Origin: Mobula hypostoma | Lineage: Eukaryota | DNA length: 64,000 nt | Assembly: GCF_963921235.1 (NCBI RefSeq) | Contig: NC_086097.1 | Span: 63,986,001 to 64,050,000, forward strand | Direction: 5' to 3' | Part shown: in pieces, positions 51,791 through 64,000 of the stretch | How the letters are laid out: each line of letters starts with the position of its first letter | Position numbering within the stretch: the first letter of the stretch is position 1 | Position numbers and translations under genes: made by a program | Notes under the pieces: generated by a model | Told to the model about the DNA's origin: nothing | Seen by the model: only the letters and a program-made list of their open reading frames with translations | Database searches by the model: none

Positions 51791-52709
51791 AAAATTAGAA
51801 GCTTTAAATATAGATATTGCTGAAAATACTAAGACCTATTGCCCATCACTAATTGCTCTTGAACTGAGGAGGTCAAAAGTCAACTGCATGGGTGCATTTG
51901 GAACCTCTTATACGACAGATGGGTAACAGATGTTTTTATCTGTGAACAAGATGATAACATATTTAATGTTATTGAAATTAGCTGTTTAAAAATATCCAGA
52001 TATATTAATTATTTAAACTTAAATTCCCCAGCTGCCAGGGTAAGGAGAGTTTAGACAGACAGGGTTTATTCTCACTTTAATCTAGGAGCTTGAGGGATCA
52101 CCTTGCAGAGGTCTATAAAATTCTGCAGATCAGAGATAGGATAGATAGTCAGAATCTTTTACCCCAAGGCAGGGGAGCCTAGAATTAGAAGGCACAGGTC
52201 TAAGGTGAGAGGAGATCTGAGGGGTTTTCCCACACAGGTGATCAGTAGCATGCTGTCAGAGGAAGTGTGGAGGCAGAAACAATTGCAACATTTATAGTCA
52301 GTATAGATGTGGTTCAAAAGGGCCCATTTCCTGTGCTGTACAGCTCTGTGATTCTAGTGTCACCTGCTATTTGGAACAGAGATCTTTGGTCCATGTTTGA
52401 AATCAGGGCTATAAATGATGTCTGGAGTTAAAACGATCCCAGTGGAATCCAAACTGAGCATCTGTGAATATATAAAATCTTATGTTTGAAAGAAAATTGA
52501 AGAAGCTACAGGAGAGAATTGTTAGGCCGGAAATCTAATTTTCATTTTAAAAGACATTAGGGTGCGTTTACATTAAGCCTTGGGATTCAGCATTCTCATG
52601 ACCCCTCTCTCCTGACACACCACTTGGAAAGTAAATACTCCCTTACCCGGTTCTTGACTTACAAGCAGTACTTTCTGCCCATTTCCAATTTTCTTTATTA
52701 TTAAATGTC

Positions 52710-53124
52710 ATCGAGCACTACACCACAGAAACAGGCTCTTTGTCCCATCTAGTCCATACCAAACTGTTAATCTGCCTTGTTCTATTGTCTACCACTTCCA
52801 GTGGCAGTTTGTTCCACCCTCATACTATCCTCTGAATGAAGAAGTTCCTCCTAAATGTTCTCCTTAAATATTTCACCTTTCATCCTTAACCTATGGCCTT
52901 TAATCCTAGTCTCACACAATCTTAGAAGAAAAAAGCCTGCTTGCATTTAGCTTATCTATACCCTTCATAATTTTACTTTATCAAATTTCGGCTCATTCTC
53001 CTATGCTCAGGGAAAGTGCTAACCTGTTTAACCTCTCCCCGGTAACTCAGGTTCTCAAGTCCCGGCGCATCCTTGTAAATGTTCTCAGTTTTATTAATAT
53101 CTTTCCTGCAGGTAGGTTCCCAGA
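52710..53124 (-). mobile_element. Old CR1 3' fragment abutting the PSMA6 promoter
   Basis: Similar to the CR1 tail at 10083 (acagaaacaggc, gaagaagttcctcct, ctcaggttctcaagtccc). Confidence 0.7.
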
Positions 53125-53412
<288 letters not shown>

Positions 53413-53466
53413 TAAGAGGCGCGCATCCGATCCCGGCGCGGCTCTGGGCTCAAGGCCTAGTTTCTA

Positions 53467-53477
53467 TGCTCAGTCAT
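53467..53477 (-). promoter_or_regulatory. Consensus antioxidant response element (ARE) in PSMA6 intron 1
   Basis: TGCTCAGTCAT on +, ATGACTGAGCA on -, fits RTGACnnnGCA. Confidence 0.55.
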
Positions 53478-53624
53478 GCCAGGCCCGGGGCTCGGGTTTG
53501 GCTCCTGGGCAACTTTTTTGGGATGTCGGCGGGCGTCTGGTGCTCCTTATGACTGTGTGGAAAAAGTCAGGCTGTAAGAACGAAGCATGGCGGATTTAAT
53601 GGCGATCGGATTTAAATGTCATGA

Positions 53625-53774
<150 letters not shown>

Positions 53775-53825
53775 TAATTGGGTCTAGAACAGATTTTGAC
53801 TGGATTTGAGGTGGTGCTACTGGCT

Positions 53826-54485
53826 TAAAGTTCAAACTTCAAAGTAAATTTATTATCAAGTACATATATGTTACCATCTACAAAGCTGAGATTAATTTTC
53901 TTGCAGGCATACTCAGTAAATCTATTTTAGAATAATAACCATATAGAATCAATGAAAGACTGCATCAACTTGGGTGTTCAGCTATTGTGCAAAGGACAAC
54001 AAACTGCAAATACAAAAAGAAGCAATAACAAATAAGGGATAAATATTGAGAACAAGAGATGAAGAGTCCTTGAAAGTGAGTCCAAAGGTTGTGAGAACAT
54101 TTCGGTGCTGGGCCCTTTGGTTCAAGAGCCTGATGGTTGAGAGGTAATAACTGTTCCTGAACTGGTGGAGCAGGCCCTGAGGCTGATGTACCTTCTTCCT
54201 AATGACAACAACGAGAAGAGACAATGTCCTGGGTGGTGAGGATCCTGATGATGGATGCTGCTTTCCAGCGACATCGTTTCATGTTGATGTGTCAGTGGTA
54301 GGGAGGGCTTTACACATGATGGACTGGGCCGTACCCACTACTTTTTGTTGAAGGCCATTGGTGTTTCCATATCAGGCTGTGATGCAACCAGTCAATATAC
54401 TCTCCACTACACATTTATAGAAGTTTGTCAAAGTTTTAGATATCATGCTGAAACTTCACAAGCCCTGAATGAAGTCAAGGCGTCA
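53826..54485 (-). mobile_element. Rex/Babar 3' fragment in PSMA6 intron 2
   Basis: Closely similar to 16615-17020 (ttcaaagtaaatttattatcaag, ttcaagagcctgatgg). Confidence 0.75.
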
Positions 54486-54798
54486 TTATCTGTGAGGACC
54501 TAACCTGGAACACTAGAAAATTTTGGACAAGAAGAGGCCATTTGACCCAATAGAGCTTGCCAATTTCCAATTCACACAGCATTGAAATAACTATCAAGTT
54601 TAGATTTGAAAGTTTCTGGGGTACACTTCTCAACTACACAACTAGGTAGTTTCTTCCATGTGTCCACAACTCACTGTGTAAAGAAATGCTTCCTGATGTT
54701 AGTCTGAAATTTCCCTTTACTGGTCTGTCCTATGGCCCTGTGTCCTTGATGATGAATTAATTTTGAAGTAGCAACTGGCATCCAACTTACTTATACCC

Positions 54799-55464
54799 CC
54801 CGCAGACTGGGAGACCGCTTTGCTGAACATCTACGCTCTGTCCGCCAGAGAAAGCAGGATCTCCCAGTGGCCACACATTTTAATTCCACATCCCATTCCC
54901 ATTCTGACATGTCTATCCACGGCCTCCTCTACTGTGAAGATGAAGCCACACTCAGGTTGGAGGAACAACACCTTATATTCCGTCTGGGTAGCTTCCAACC
55001 TGATGGCATGAACATTGACTTCTCTAACTTCCGCTAGGCCCCACCTCCCCCTCGTACCCCATCTGTTACTCATTTTTATGCACACATTCTTTCTCTCACT
55101 CTCCTTTTTCTCCCTCTGTCCCTCTGAATATACCTCTTGCCCATCCTCTGGGTCACCCCCCCCCCCCGTCTTTCTTCCCGGACCTCCTGTCCCATGATCC
55201 TCTCGTATCCCCTTTTGCCTATCACCTGTCCAGCTCTCGGCTCTATCCCTCCCCCTCCTGTCTTCTCCTATCATTTTGCATCTCCCCCTCCCCCTCCAGC
55301 TTTCAAATCCCTTACTCACTCTTCCTTCAGTTACTCCTGACGAAGGGTCTCGGCCTGAAACGTCGACTGCGCCTCTTCCTATAGATGCTGCCTGGCCTGC
55401 TGCGTTCACCAGCAACTTTTATGTGTGTTGCTTGAATTTCCAGCATCTGCAGAATTCCTGTTGT
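54799..55464 (+). mobile_element. Young Penelope-like 3' fragment
   Basis: RRLGDRFAEHLRS...LEEQHLIFRLGSFQPDGMNIDF (GIY-YIG C-terminus), pyrimidine tract, terminal repeat; 12-bp TSD TTACTTATACCC at 54787-54798 and 55465-55476. Confidence 0.88.
55333..55368 (+). ncRNA. Minimal type I hammerhead ribozyme motif (Penelope-associated)
   Basis: ACTC-CTGACGA-AGG(GTCTCGG)CCT-GAAA-CG-TC^GACT: CUGANGA and GAAA core, 3-bp stem II, palindromic ACGU stem III, GUC cleavage triplet, stem I with one mismatch. Confidence 0.65.
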
Positions 55465-57019
55465 TTACTTATACCCTTAATGGTTTTGAACACTTCTATC
55501 ATGTCTCCTCTCATTCTATGTCTTCTTAGGCTAAAAGGATTGAATTCTTTCAATCCTTCATTGCTCATACCCCACAGACCTGGAATGAGTCTTGTCACCC
55601 TTCTCTGAGCTCTTTACAATGCTACCTGTTATGGTTTGTACAGCACTTTGGTCAACATGGGTTGTTTTTAAAAGTGCTTTATAAATAAATTTGACTTGAC
55701 TTGACTTCACATCCCTCACACAATATGGACTACAAAATTGTACACGGTGTTCAAGGTGTGGCTCACAAGCGTATTAAACAATTTAAGGAGAACATCTCTG
55801 GACTTGAACTCCATTGAGCACATTATATAGGCCAACATTCTTTCAGCCTTCCTGATTGCTTCTGTGCGGTGTCTAGATGTTGATCATGATGAGTCTATCA
55901 GGACGCCCAAATCCTGCTCATGCAGTGCACTTTCTAACTCAAGACCCTACATTGTATATTTATATCTTAATATTTCTTCTTCCTATATATAATACTTTAC
56001 GTTTACTTACATTAAATTTAATCTGCCATTTATCTGCCCACACCTGATTTTGTTCATTCTAGCTGTATTGATTCTGCTGCCTGAATGTTATCAGCCCATC
56101 TCCCTACTTTTGTGTCATCAACAGACTTTACTTGTTTATTTGTTACATGCTTATCCAAATCATTAATGTAAATTAAAAGCAGCAGTGGCCCCAAAACTGA
56201 TACCTGTGGAACCCCACTTTTAACATCTTCTAGGTGTGAAAATGATCCTTTCACCATAACTTGTTGTTTTCTCTTTATGAGCCAATTCGCACACATTACC
56301 CTAAACCTCTACCTCCTGTAATTTGATTACTAACCTCTTGTGGGATACCTTGTCAAAAACCTTCTGAAAGTCCAAATAAATTATATCAACTACTCTATTG
56401 TCATAAATTATAGTTGCCTCTTCAATAAAACTCCAGCATATTGGTAAAACATGATTTCCCCTTTCTGAACCCATGCTGGCTTTCTGCTAACATGCCTCTT
56501 CTTAGCTGCTTTTCCATCTCATTCTTATTATTGTTTCCATTATCTTACCTGCAATACACGTTAAGCTTACTGGCCTATAGTTATCAGGGTCACCCTTCTT
56601 GTATACCGGGACAACATTAGCCCGTTTCCAGTCTTTAGAGATTTCACCAGTTTTCACTGACTTGAAAAATACATATTAGGGATTTGTATATATAATCAGA
56701 CCTCTTTAAGTACCCTTGGATATATGTTGTCTGGCCCTGGAGATTTATTAACTTTCAACCTTTTCATCTGAAGCAGGACCTCAATTTCTAAGACCTCTAA
56801 GTCATTTAAAACAACCTTATTTTTCTCTACACTTACTAGCATATTGCTAACATTTTCAGAGGTGAATACTTTAGCAAAATATGAGTTAAGAGTATCTGCT
56901 GTGTCCTTCTCTGCGTAATTTAACAGCCCACTATTATTCATAGCACACTTAACTTCCTCCGTGACTTTTCTTTTAGTACCAAAGTATTGGGAAAGTTCTG
57001 TTGAGGTCAGTTTTAGTAT

Positions 57020-57642
57020 TATCAACAATATTAATGCAGCTATAAAGAAGGCAAGACAGAGGCTATATTTCATTAGGAGTTTGAGGAGATTTGGTTTGTC
57101 AACTAAAACACTTGAAAACTTCTACAGCTGTATTGCAGAGAGCATTCTGACTGGCTGATCACTGTCTGGTGTGGCGGGGGGGGGCGGCTACTGCACAAGA
57201 CTGAAGTAAGTTGCAGAAACTTGTAAAATTAGTTAGCTCCATCATGGGTATTAGCCTCCGTAATATCCAAGATATCTTCAAGGAGCGGTGCCTAAGGAAG
57301 GCAGCATCCATCATTAAGGACCCACACTAGCCAGAACATGCGCTCTTCTCAGTGTCACTCTAGGGAAGGAGGTACAGAAGCATGAAGGAACACACTCATC
57401 AATTCAGGAACAGCATCTTCCCCTTTGCCATCCCATTTCTAAATGGACATTGAACCCATGAACACTACCTCAGTACTTTTTTATTTGTGTTTTTTTTTGC
57501 ACTACTTATGTTAACTATTTAATAGACATATGTTTACTGTAATTCATTTTTTCTCTGTTGTTATTTATCATGTATTTCATTGTACTGCTGCTATAAAGTT
57601 AACAAATTTCACAACATCTGCTGGTGGTATTAAACTTGTTTC
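57020..57642 (+). mobile_element. Rex/Babar 3' fragment, same family as 20352-24795
   Basis: INAAIKKARQRLYFIRSLRRFG..TKTLENFY..AESILTG. Confidence 0.82.
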
Positions 57643-58317
57643 TGAAAAGTCTGCACACAGCACTGAGATCGGGATTGTTGGTGCTGTGAGTTCTGTTAGC
57701 TGCAGTGCTGTGTCTTCCTAAAGACGTGATTAAATTTGGAGACGAATATAAGGCCAAAATTTGAGAAGGATCAATGTTTGAAAGGGGAAGAGGTTGCAGG
57801 AATGGGGGAAGTAGGACGCCAGAGAGATTTGCAAATGATGAAAGTTTTAGGTATTGGAGCATTGTTTAACTTGGAACCAATACTGGTCAACAAGCAGTGA
57901 ATGGGACTTGGTGCAAGACAGGCAGTGGAAGTTTGTACTGTTTGATGTCAATGATAGAGGCCAATCAGGAGTACTTTGGATTGGTCAAATCTAGCGATAC
58001 AAAGGGTTGGACAGTGGTTTCAGGAGGAGAGGTCTGAGGGAGGGCAGAGTTTGCCTGTGTCATGGAAGTGGAGACAGATGTAATGAAGGCTTACACATGT
58101 AGTTGTCTCAGGAGAATTACGTTTTTCAAAAGAAATTCGTATCACGTTGGTTTAATGATAATATTTATCAGTTTGAGCAGAAGTATGTTAAAATTCCCAG
58201 GTCATTCTAAACTGAAATCCAGGTCAACAGTTCAAAGCAGAGATGGTCATAACCTTGCTTTACCCCTGTCTGAGAGAGTATTGATTCACTGTCACATTCA
58301 GTTGTACAATCTTGGAG

Positions 58318-58760
58318 CTAGTTTATTATTGTCACATGTACTGAGATACAGTGAAAAGCTTGACTTGCATATTGTTCATACAAATCAGTCATTATGCAGT
58401 GCATTGAGTTAGTGCAAGGTAAAACAACAGCAGAATGCAGAATAAAGTGTAACATCTATAGAGAAAGTATAATACAATTAGGCAAGAAGGTACAAGAACA
58501 TACTGAGATAGATTGTGAGGTCAAGAATCCCTCATATCATACTAGGGCACCATTTAGTAATCTTATAACAACCTGGTAGAAGCTGTCCTTGTGCTTGGTT
58601 GTACATACTTTTCGGGCTTTCATCTCTTCTGCCCAATAAGCGAGAGGTGGAGAATGTCCAGGGTGAGTGGGGTCTTTGATTTACTGAGGCAGAAAGAAGT
58701 ATGGACAGAGTCCACATGGAGGGGAGGTTGATTTCCATGATGTACTTAGCTAGGTCCACA
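58318..58760 (-). mobile_element. Old LINE 3' fragment
   Basis: gtttattattgtcacatgtac tail and tagaagctgtccttg, similar to other Rex/Babar 3' ends here. Confidence 0.55.
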
Positions 58761-58948
58761 GTTTTAGTTTGTAGTAGCTTTTCAGATCCAGAGGCAAGCT
58801 GTCTTTCAGAAACAAATCAAATCTTGCCTGTGTGAACGGTATCTGCATTATTGATCTAGCAGACGTGGAGAGTCATTTACATTATAACCTCTCTTGTTTC
58901 TTATTGTGTTTCTTCTTAACCTAATTGCTAGACTTTCTGTTTTCTCAG

Positions 58949-59030
58949 GATAAACTTTTGGATGCCAAAACAGTCACTCATCTTTTCAGAGTAACTGAAA
59001 AGATAGGATGTGTAATGACAGGAATGACAG
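58949..59030 (+). CDS. PSMA6: PSMA6 exon 3
   Basis: Acceptor ttttctcag, donor gtaata; [27 protein letters not shown](A), 82 nt. Confidence 0.96.
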
Positions 59031-59378
59031 GTAATAAACTTCCTGAAAAATATTGCTCCTCTTGGGTTGAGAACCTTCTGCCTAGATAGACTATTTTGTT
59101 ATTTGTTTTATAAGTGTGGAGTTTAGATAATTCAAGGTTTTAGAAACATGTCCGTGTGTTCCAATCAATAATTAATAAGATAGGCATAGTAGAGATTCCA
59201 AATATTACAAGCGTAAATTCAGAATGGTATTTCTTTCTGGTCTACAGGCTTTTCAAATCTGTGTTTGGTGCCACTTAACAGGCTATTTAATTGCTTCCAC
59301 TCGTTTCTCCATTGATTACGTCCAATATCTTGGCACTTTAATCCTTTAAATTTCTGAAGAGATAATCATGTTTCATAA

Positions 59379-59618
<240 letters not shown>

Positions 59619-59944
59619 TAATGCAACATGAGGCTATGCTTCAGACCATATCTTATAAGTTGTTCATCCATTACAAAGTGATAATCATGTTCTGTTCCAT
59701 CTGTTATTTTTCTAATTTATTTACTTTATTAATTGAGAAAGAGCAAATCATTAAACTAGGTAATTTTCCAATTTTTGCAAGGCCTAATGGATAACCTAGC
59801 AACCCTCATAGCAAAAAGATCACATTTGCACTTGGTTCAGTACTGAATCAGAAGATTTGTATGAACAGAGCATCTTTGACATCTTCCAGTTCACTGCAAC
59901 TAACTGCTACATTTTGAAGGCTAGTCAGGCTTTAACATATGGAA

Positions 59945-62900
59945 ATACACCAACCGGCAGGGATTGAACAAAAAGTGGTGTTATTCGCAGATGATGTTTT
60001 GGTCTATCTGAGTGAACCAGAAAAATCATTTATAGGATTGTTTACACTGTTGGATGACTTTGGGAAAATATCAGGTTATAAAATAAATGTAAAGAAAACG
60101 CAGGTTATGTCCCTAAATTATACACCATCCAAAAAATTGCAGGATACATACGATCTTAAGTGGGAAGCTAAATCATTAAAATATTTAGGAATAACCCTGC
60201 CGAAGGATCTTTCAACACTGTCACAGATAAATTATGGGCCATTAATCTCAGAGGTAAAAGCAGATATGCATAGATGGAATCTTATCCTCTTTTTAAGTTT
60301 AAATTCAAGGATAAATACTATAAAAATGAATATTCTTCCTCGGTTATTGTATCTTTTCCGTATTTTACCGGTGGAGGTGGATGATAATCAATTCAGGGAA
60401 TGGGACAAATGGATTTCCTGCTTCATTTGGCAAGGAAAGAAACCTAGAATTCGATATAACACCTTACAGTTAGGGAAGGAAGGAGGAGGTATGGTTCTTC
60501 CTTGCCTGAGAAATTATTTTTATGCCTCACAGATAACCCCTCTGTTATATTGGTGTAATAGGGAATATAAGGCTAGATGGAAGGAAATAGAATTTGGATT
60601 AGTTGACAGTTTTCCTCTACAGGCCTCAATAGCTGACAAAGGATTGATGGCCCAGTTGGAAAAATTTTAAAACAGTTGGATAAATCTTACATTAAAAGTA
60701 TGGCAGAAGGTGGTTAATTCATGTGGAATTAATAACATGTTAAAACTCTTTAGATGGTGTGCATATTGAACCAAATTGGTAAAGGTGCTGAGGAAGAGGA
60801 TTTCTTGGAATGTATGCGGGATGGTTTTTTGAACCAACGTGTCGAGGAACCAACTAGAGAGCAGGCTATTCTGGACTGGGTTTTGAGCAATGAGGAAGGG
60901 TTAATTAGCGATCTTGTCGTGAGAGGCCCCTTGGGTAAGAGTGATATTAATATGGTGGAATTCTTTATTAAGATGGAGAGTGACATAGTTAATTCAGAAA
61001 CAAAGGTTCTGAACTTAAAGAGGGGTAACTTTGAAGGTATGAGATGTGAATTAGCTAAGATAGACTGGCAAATGACACTTAAAGGATTGACGGTGGATAT
61101 ACAATGGCAAGCATTTAAAGGTTGCATAGATGAACTACAACAATTGTTCATCCCAGTTTGGCAAAAGAATAAATCAAGGAAGGTAGTGCACCCATGGCTG
61201 ACAAGAGAAATTAGGGATAGTATCAATTCCAAAGAAGAAGCATACAAATTAGCCAGAGAAAGTGGCTCACCTGAGGACTGGGAGAAATTCAGAGTTCAGC
61301 AGAGGAGGACAAAGGGCTTAATTAGGAAGAGGAAAAAAGATTATGAGAGAAAACTGGCAGGGAACATAAAAACGGACTGTAAAAGCTTTTATAGATACGT
61401 AAAAAGGAAAAGACTGGTAAAGACAAATGTAGGTCCCCTGCAGACAGAAACAGGTGAATTGATTATGGGGAGCAAGGACATGGCAGACCAATTGAATAAT
61501 TACTTTGGTTCTGTCTTCACTAAGGAGGACATAAATAATCTTCCAGAAATAGTAGGGGACAGAGGGTCCAGTGGGATGGAGGAACTGAGCAAAATACATG
61601 TTAGTAGGGAAGTGGTGTTAGGTAAATTGAAGGGATTGAAGGCAGATAAATCCCCAGGGCCAGATGGTCTGCATCCTAGAGTGCTTAAGGAAGTAGCCCA
61701 AGAAATAAGTGGATGCATTAGTGATAATTTTTCAAAACTCGTTAGATTCCGGACTAGTTCCTGAGGATTGGAGGGTGGCTAATGTAACTCCACTTTTTAA
61801 AAAAGGAGGGAGAGAGAAACCGGGGAATTATAGACCGGTTAGCCTAACGTCGGTGGTGGGGAAACTGCTGGAGTCAGTTATCAAGGATGTGATAACAGCA
61901 CATTTGGAAAGTGGTGAAATGATCGGACAAAGTCAGCATGGATTTGTGAAAGGAAAATCATGTCTGACGAATCTCATAGAATTTTTTGAGGATGTAACTA
62001 GTAGAGTGGATAGGGGAGAACCAGTGGATGTGGTATATTTGGATTTTCAAAAGGCTTTTGACAAGGTCCCACACAGGAGATTAGTGTGCAAACTTAAAGC
62101 ACACGGTATTGGGGGTAAGATATTGGTGTGGGTGGAGAATTGGTTAGCAGACAGGAAGCAAAGAGTGGGAATAAACGGGACCTTTTCAGAATAGCAGGCG
62201 GTGACTAGTGGGGTACCGCAAGGCTCAGTGCTGGGACCCCAGTTGTTTACAATATATATTAATGACTTGGATGAGGGAATTAAATGCAGCATCTCCAAGT
62301 TTGCGGATGACACGAAGCTGGGTGGCAGTGTTAGCAGTGAGGAGGATGCTAAGAGGATGCAGGGTGACTTGGATAGGTTGGGTGAGTGGGCAAATTCATG
62401 GCAGATGCAATTTAATGTGGATAAATGTGAAGTTATCCACTTTGGTGGCAAAAATAGGAAAACAGATTATTATCTGAATGGTGGCCGATTAGGAAAAGGG
62501 GAGGTGCAACGAGACCTGGGTGTCATTATACACCAGTCATTGAAAGTGGGCATGCAGGTACAGCAGGCGGTGAAAAGGGCAAATGGTATGCTGGCATTTA
62601 TAGCAAGAGGATTCGAGTACAGGAGCAGGGAGGTACTACTGCAGTTGTACAAGGCCTTGGTGAGACCACACCTGGAGTATTGTGTGCAGTTTTGGTCCCC
62701 TAATCTGAGGAAAGACATCTTTGCCATAGAGGGAGTACAAAGAAGGTTCACTAGATTGATTCCTGGGATGGCAGGACTTTCATATGAAGAAAGACTGGAT
62801 GAACTGGGCTTGTACTCGTTGGAATTTAGAAGATTGAGGGGGGATCTGATTGAAACGTATAAGATCCTAAAGGGATTGGACAGGCTAGATGCAGGAAGAT

Positions 62901-64000
62901 TGTTCCCGATGTTGGGGAAGTCCAGAACGAGGGGCCACAGTTTGAGGATAGATGGGAAGCCTTTTAGGACCGAGATTAGGAAAAACTTCTTCACACAGAG
63001 AGTGGTGAATCTGTGGAATTCTCTGCCACAGGAAACAGTTGAGGCCAGTTTATTGACTATATTTAAGAGGGAGTTAGATATGGCCCTTGTGGCTACGGGG
63101 GGTCAGGGGGTATGGAGGGAAGACTGGGGCGGGGTTCTGAGTTGGAGGATCAGCCATGATCATAATAAATGGCGGTGCAGGCTCGAAGGGCCGAATGGCC
63201 TACTCCTGCACCTATTTTCTATGTTTCTATGATACCGAATTCCTTCCCAACAGAGGAGATAAAAGATTTGAGCTATGGATAAAGAAAGGTCTTACAACCT
63301 ACCTCTCATTTATAGATAAAAGAGTATTACAAAGTTTCCAAATCCTGCAGGACAAACATGGCCTAGAACACAATGACTTTTTTAGGTACCTTCAAGTACG
63401 AAACTATGTTAACCAGAGTTGTAGATATACAGACCTATCAACAGTAGAATTAGAATTTTTCAAGATTCTGAATTCGGCTTGCAGTTCAATACCTAGTAAA
63501 TCAGTTTCTCGATTATATAATGCACTCTCCCATGCTAAAAATGTAAATACACTGTATATTAAAGAGAAGTGGGAGAAAGAAGCGGGGTTGGTACTTTCAG
63601 AGGAGGCTTGGGGGAAAATCTGCAGCTTTCAATGGTCCTCGACTAATTCTTTGACTTGGAGAGAACATTGTTGGAAATCATTATAAGATACTTCAAGACC
63701 CCATATCAGGAAAAATATAAAGATACAAACGTGACGTGTTGGAGAAGGTGCGGCTCCAAGGAGGCAAATCATTTTCATATTTTCTGGGATTGCCCTAAAT
63801 TAAGTCTATATTGGGAAGGTATTCATAGAACATTAGTTAAGGTACTTAGGTCCCAGATACCTCTGAACTTTGAGACGCTCTATTTGGGGCATGTATTATT
63901 TCTTGAACAGAAGGAAGATATAAAGTTGCTGCAGGCCCTCTTAGCGGCAAGTAAGAAATCAATCACTAGAAAGTGGCTAAATCCAATACCACCTACATTA
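59945..64000 (+). mobile_element. L1/Tx1 ORF2 (59945-60766 plus 63231 to the window end) interrupted by CR1
   Basis: LFADDVLVYL, FGKISGYKINVKKT, KYLGI, KMNILPRLLYLF, CWRRCG..EANHFHIFWDC; reads WCAY|DTEF across the CR1. Confidence 0.9.
60767..63230 (+). mobile_element. Young 5'-truncated CR1 nested in L1
   Basis: Long ORFs (336, 161 and 343 aa) broken by one frameshift and one stop; KFADD, RPHLEYCVQFWSP; ttttctatgtttctat tail; 3-nt TAT overlap at the junctions. Confidence 0.93.

Larger units (their letters stand above)
54510..57000 (-). mobile_element. Old CR1 LINE with nested Penelope
   Basis: SGVPQVSVLGPLL..YINDLD, NKSPGPDNIYPRVLKE. Confidence 0.8.

Overview
This is vertebrate genomic DNA, most likely from a cartilaginous fish; that assignment is inferred from an HE1/V-SINE and the CR1/Rex-Babar/Penelope repeat mix. 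Two host genes lie on the + strand. The last three coding exons of PRORP (KIAA0391/MRPP3, protein-only mitochondrial RNase P) are at 27973-28121, 34912-35107 and 36839-36970. About 16.4 kb downstream are the CpG-rich promoter and exons 1-4 of PSMA6 (20S proteasome alpha-1), the same gene order as in human. Bases 1-27972 are PRORP intron. Most other sequence, and nearly every long ORF in the track, is transposable-element debris, often nested several layers deep: CR1, Rex/Babar, L1/Tx1, R4/Dong-like, RTE, Penelope, Gypsy, tRNA-SINEs, and Tc1/mariner, pogo and hAT MITEs. The most notable signals are: (1) a fossil class I-like endogenous retrovirus pol, split by nested LINEs; (2) a minimal hammerhead ribozyme motif in a Penelope terminal repeat, plus a fold-back Penelope insertion; (3) a twin-primed, 5'-inverted L1 with a large internal jump; (4) a young CpG-rich tRNA-SINE with a 17-bp TSD and an apparently swapped tail; (5) near-identical inverted LINE copies flanking a PRORP exon; (6) a consensus ARE in PSMA6 intron 1. 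No CRISPR array, rRNA or true tRNA gene was seen. All family assignments come from motif recognition by eye, not database searches.
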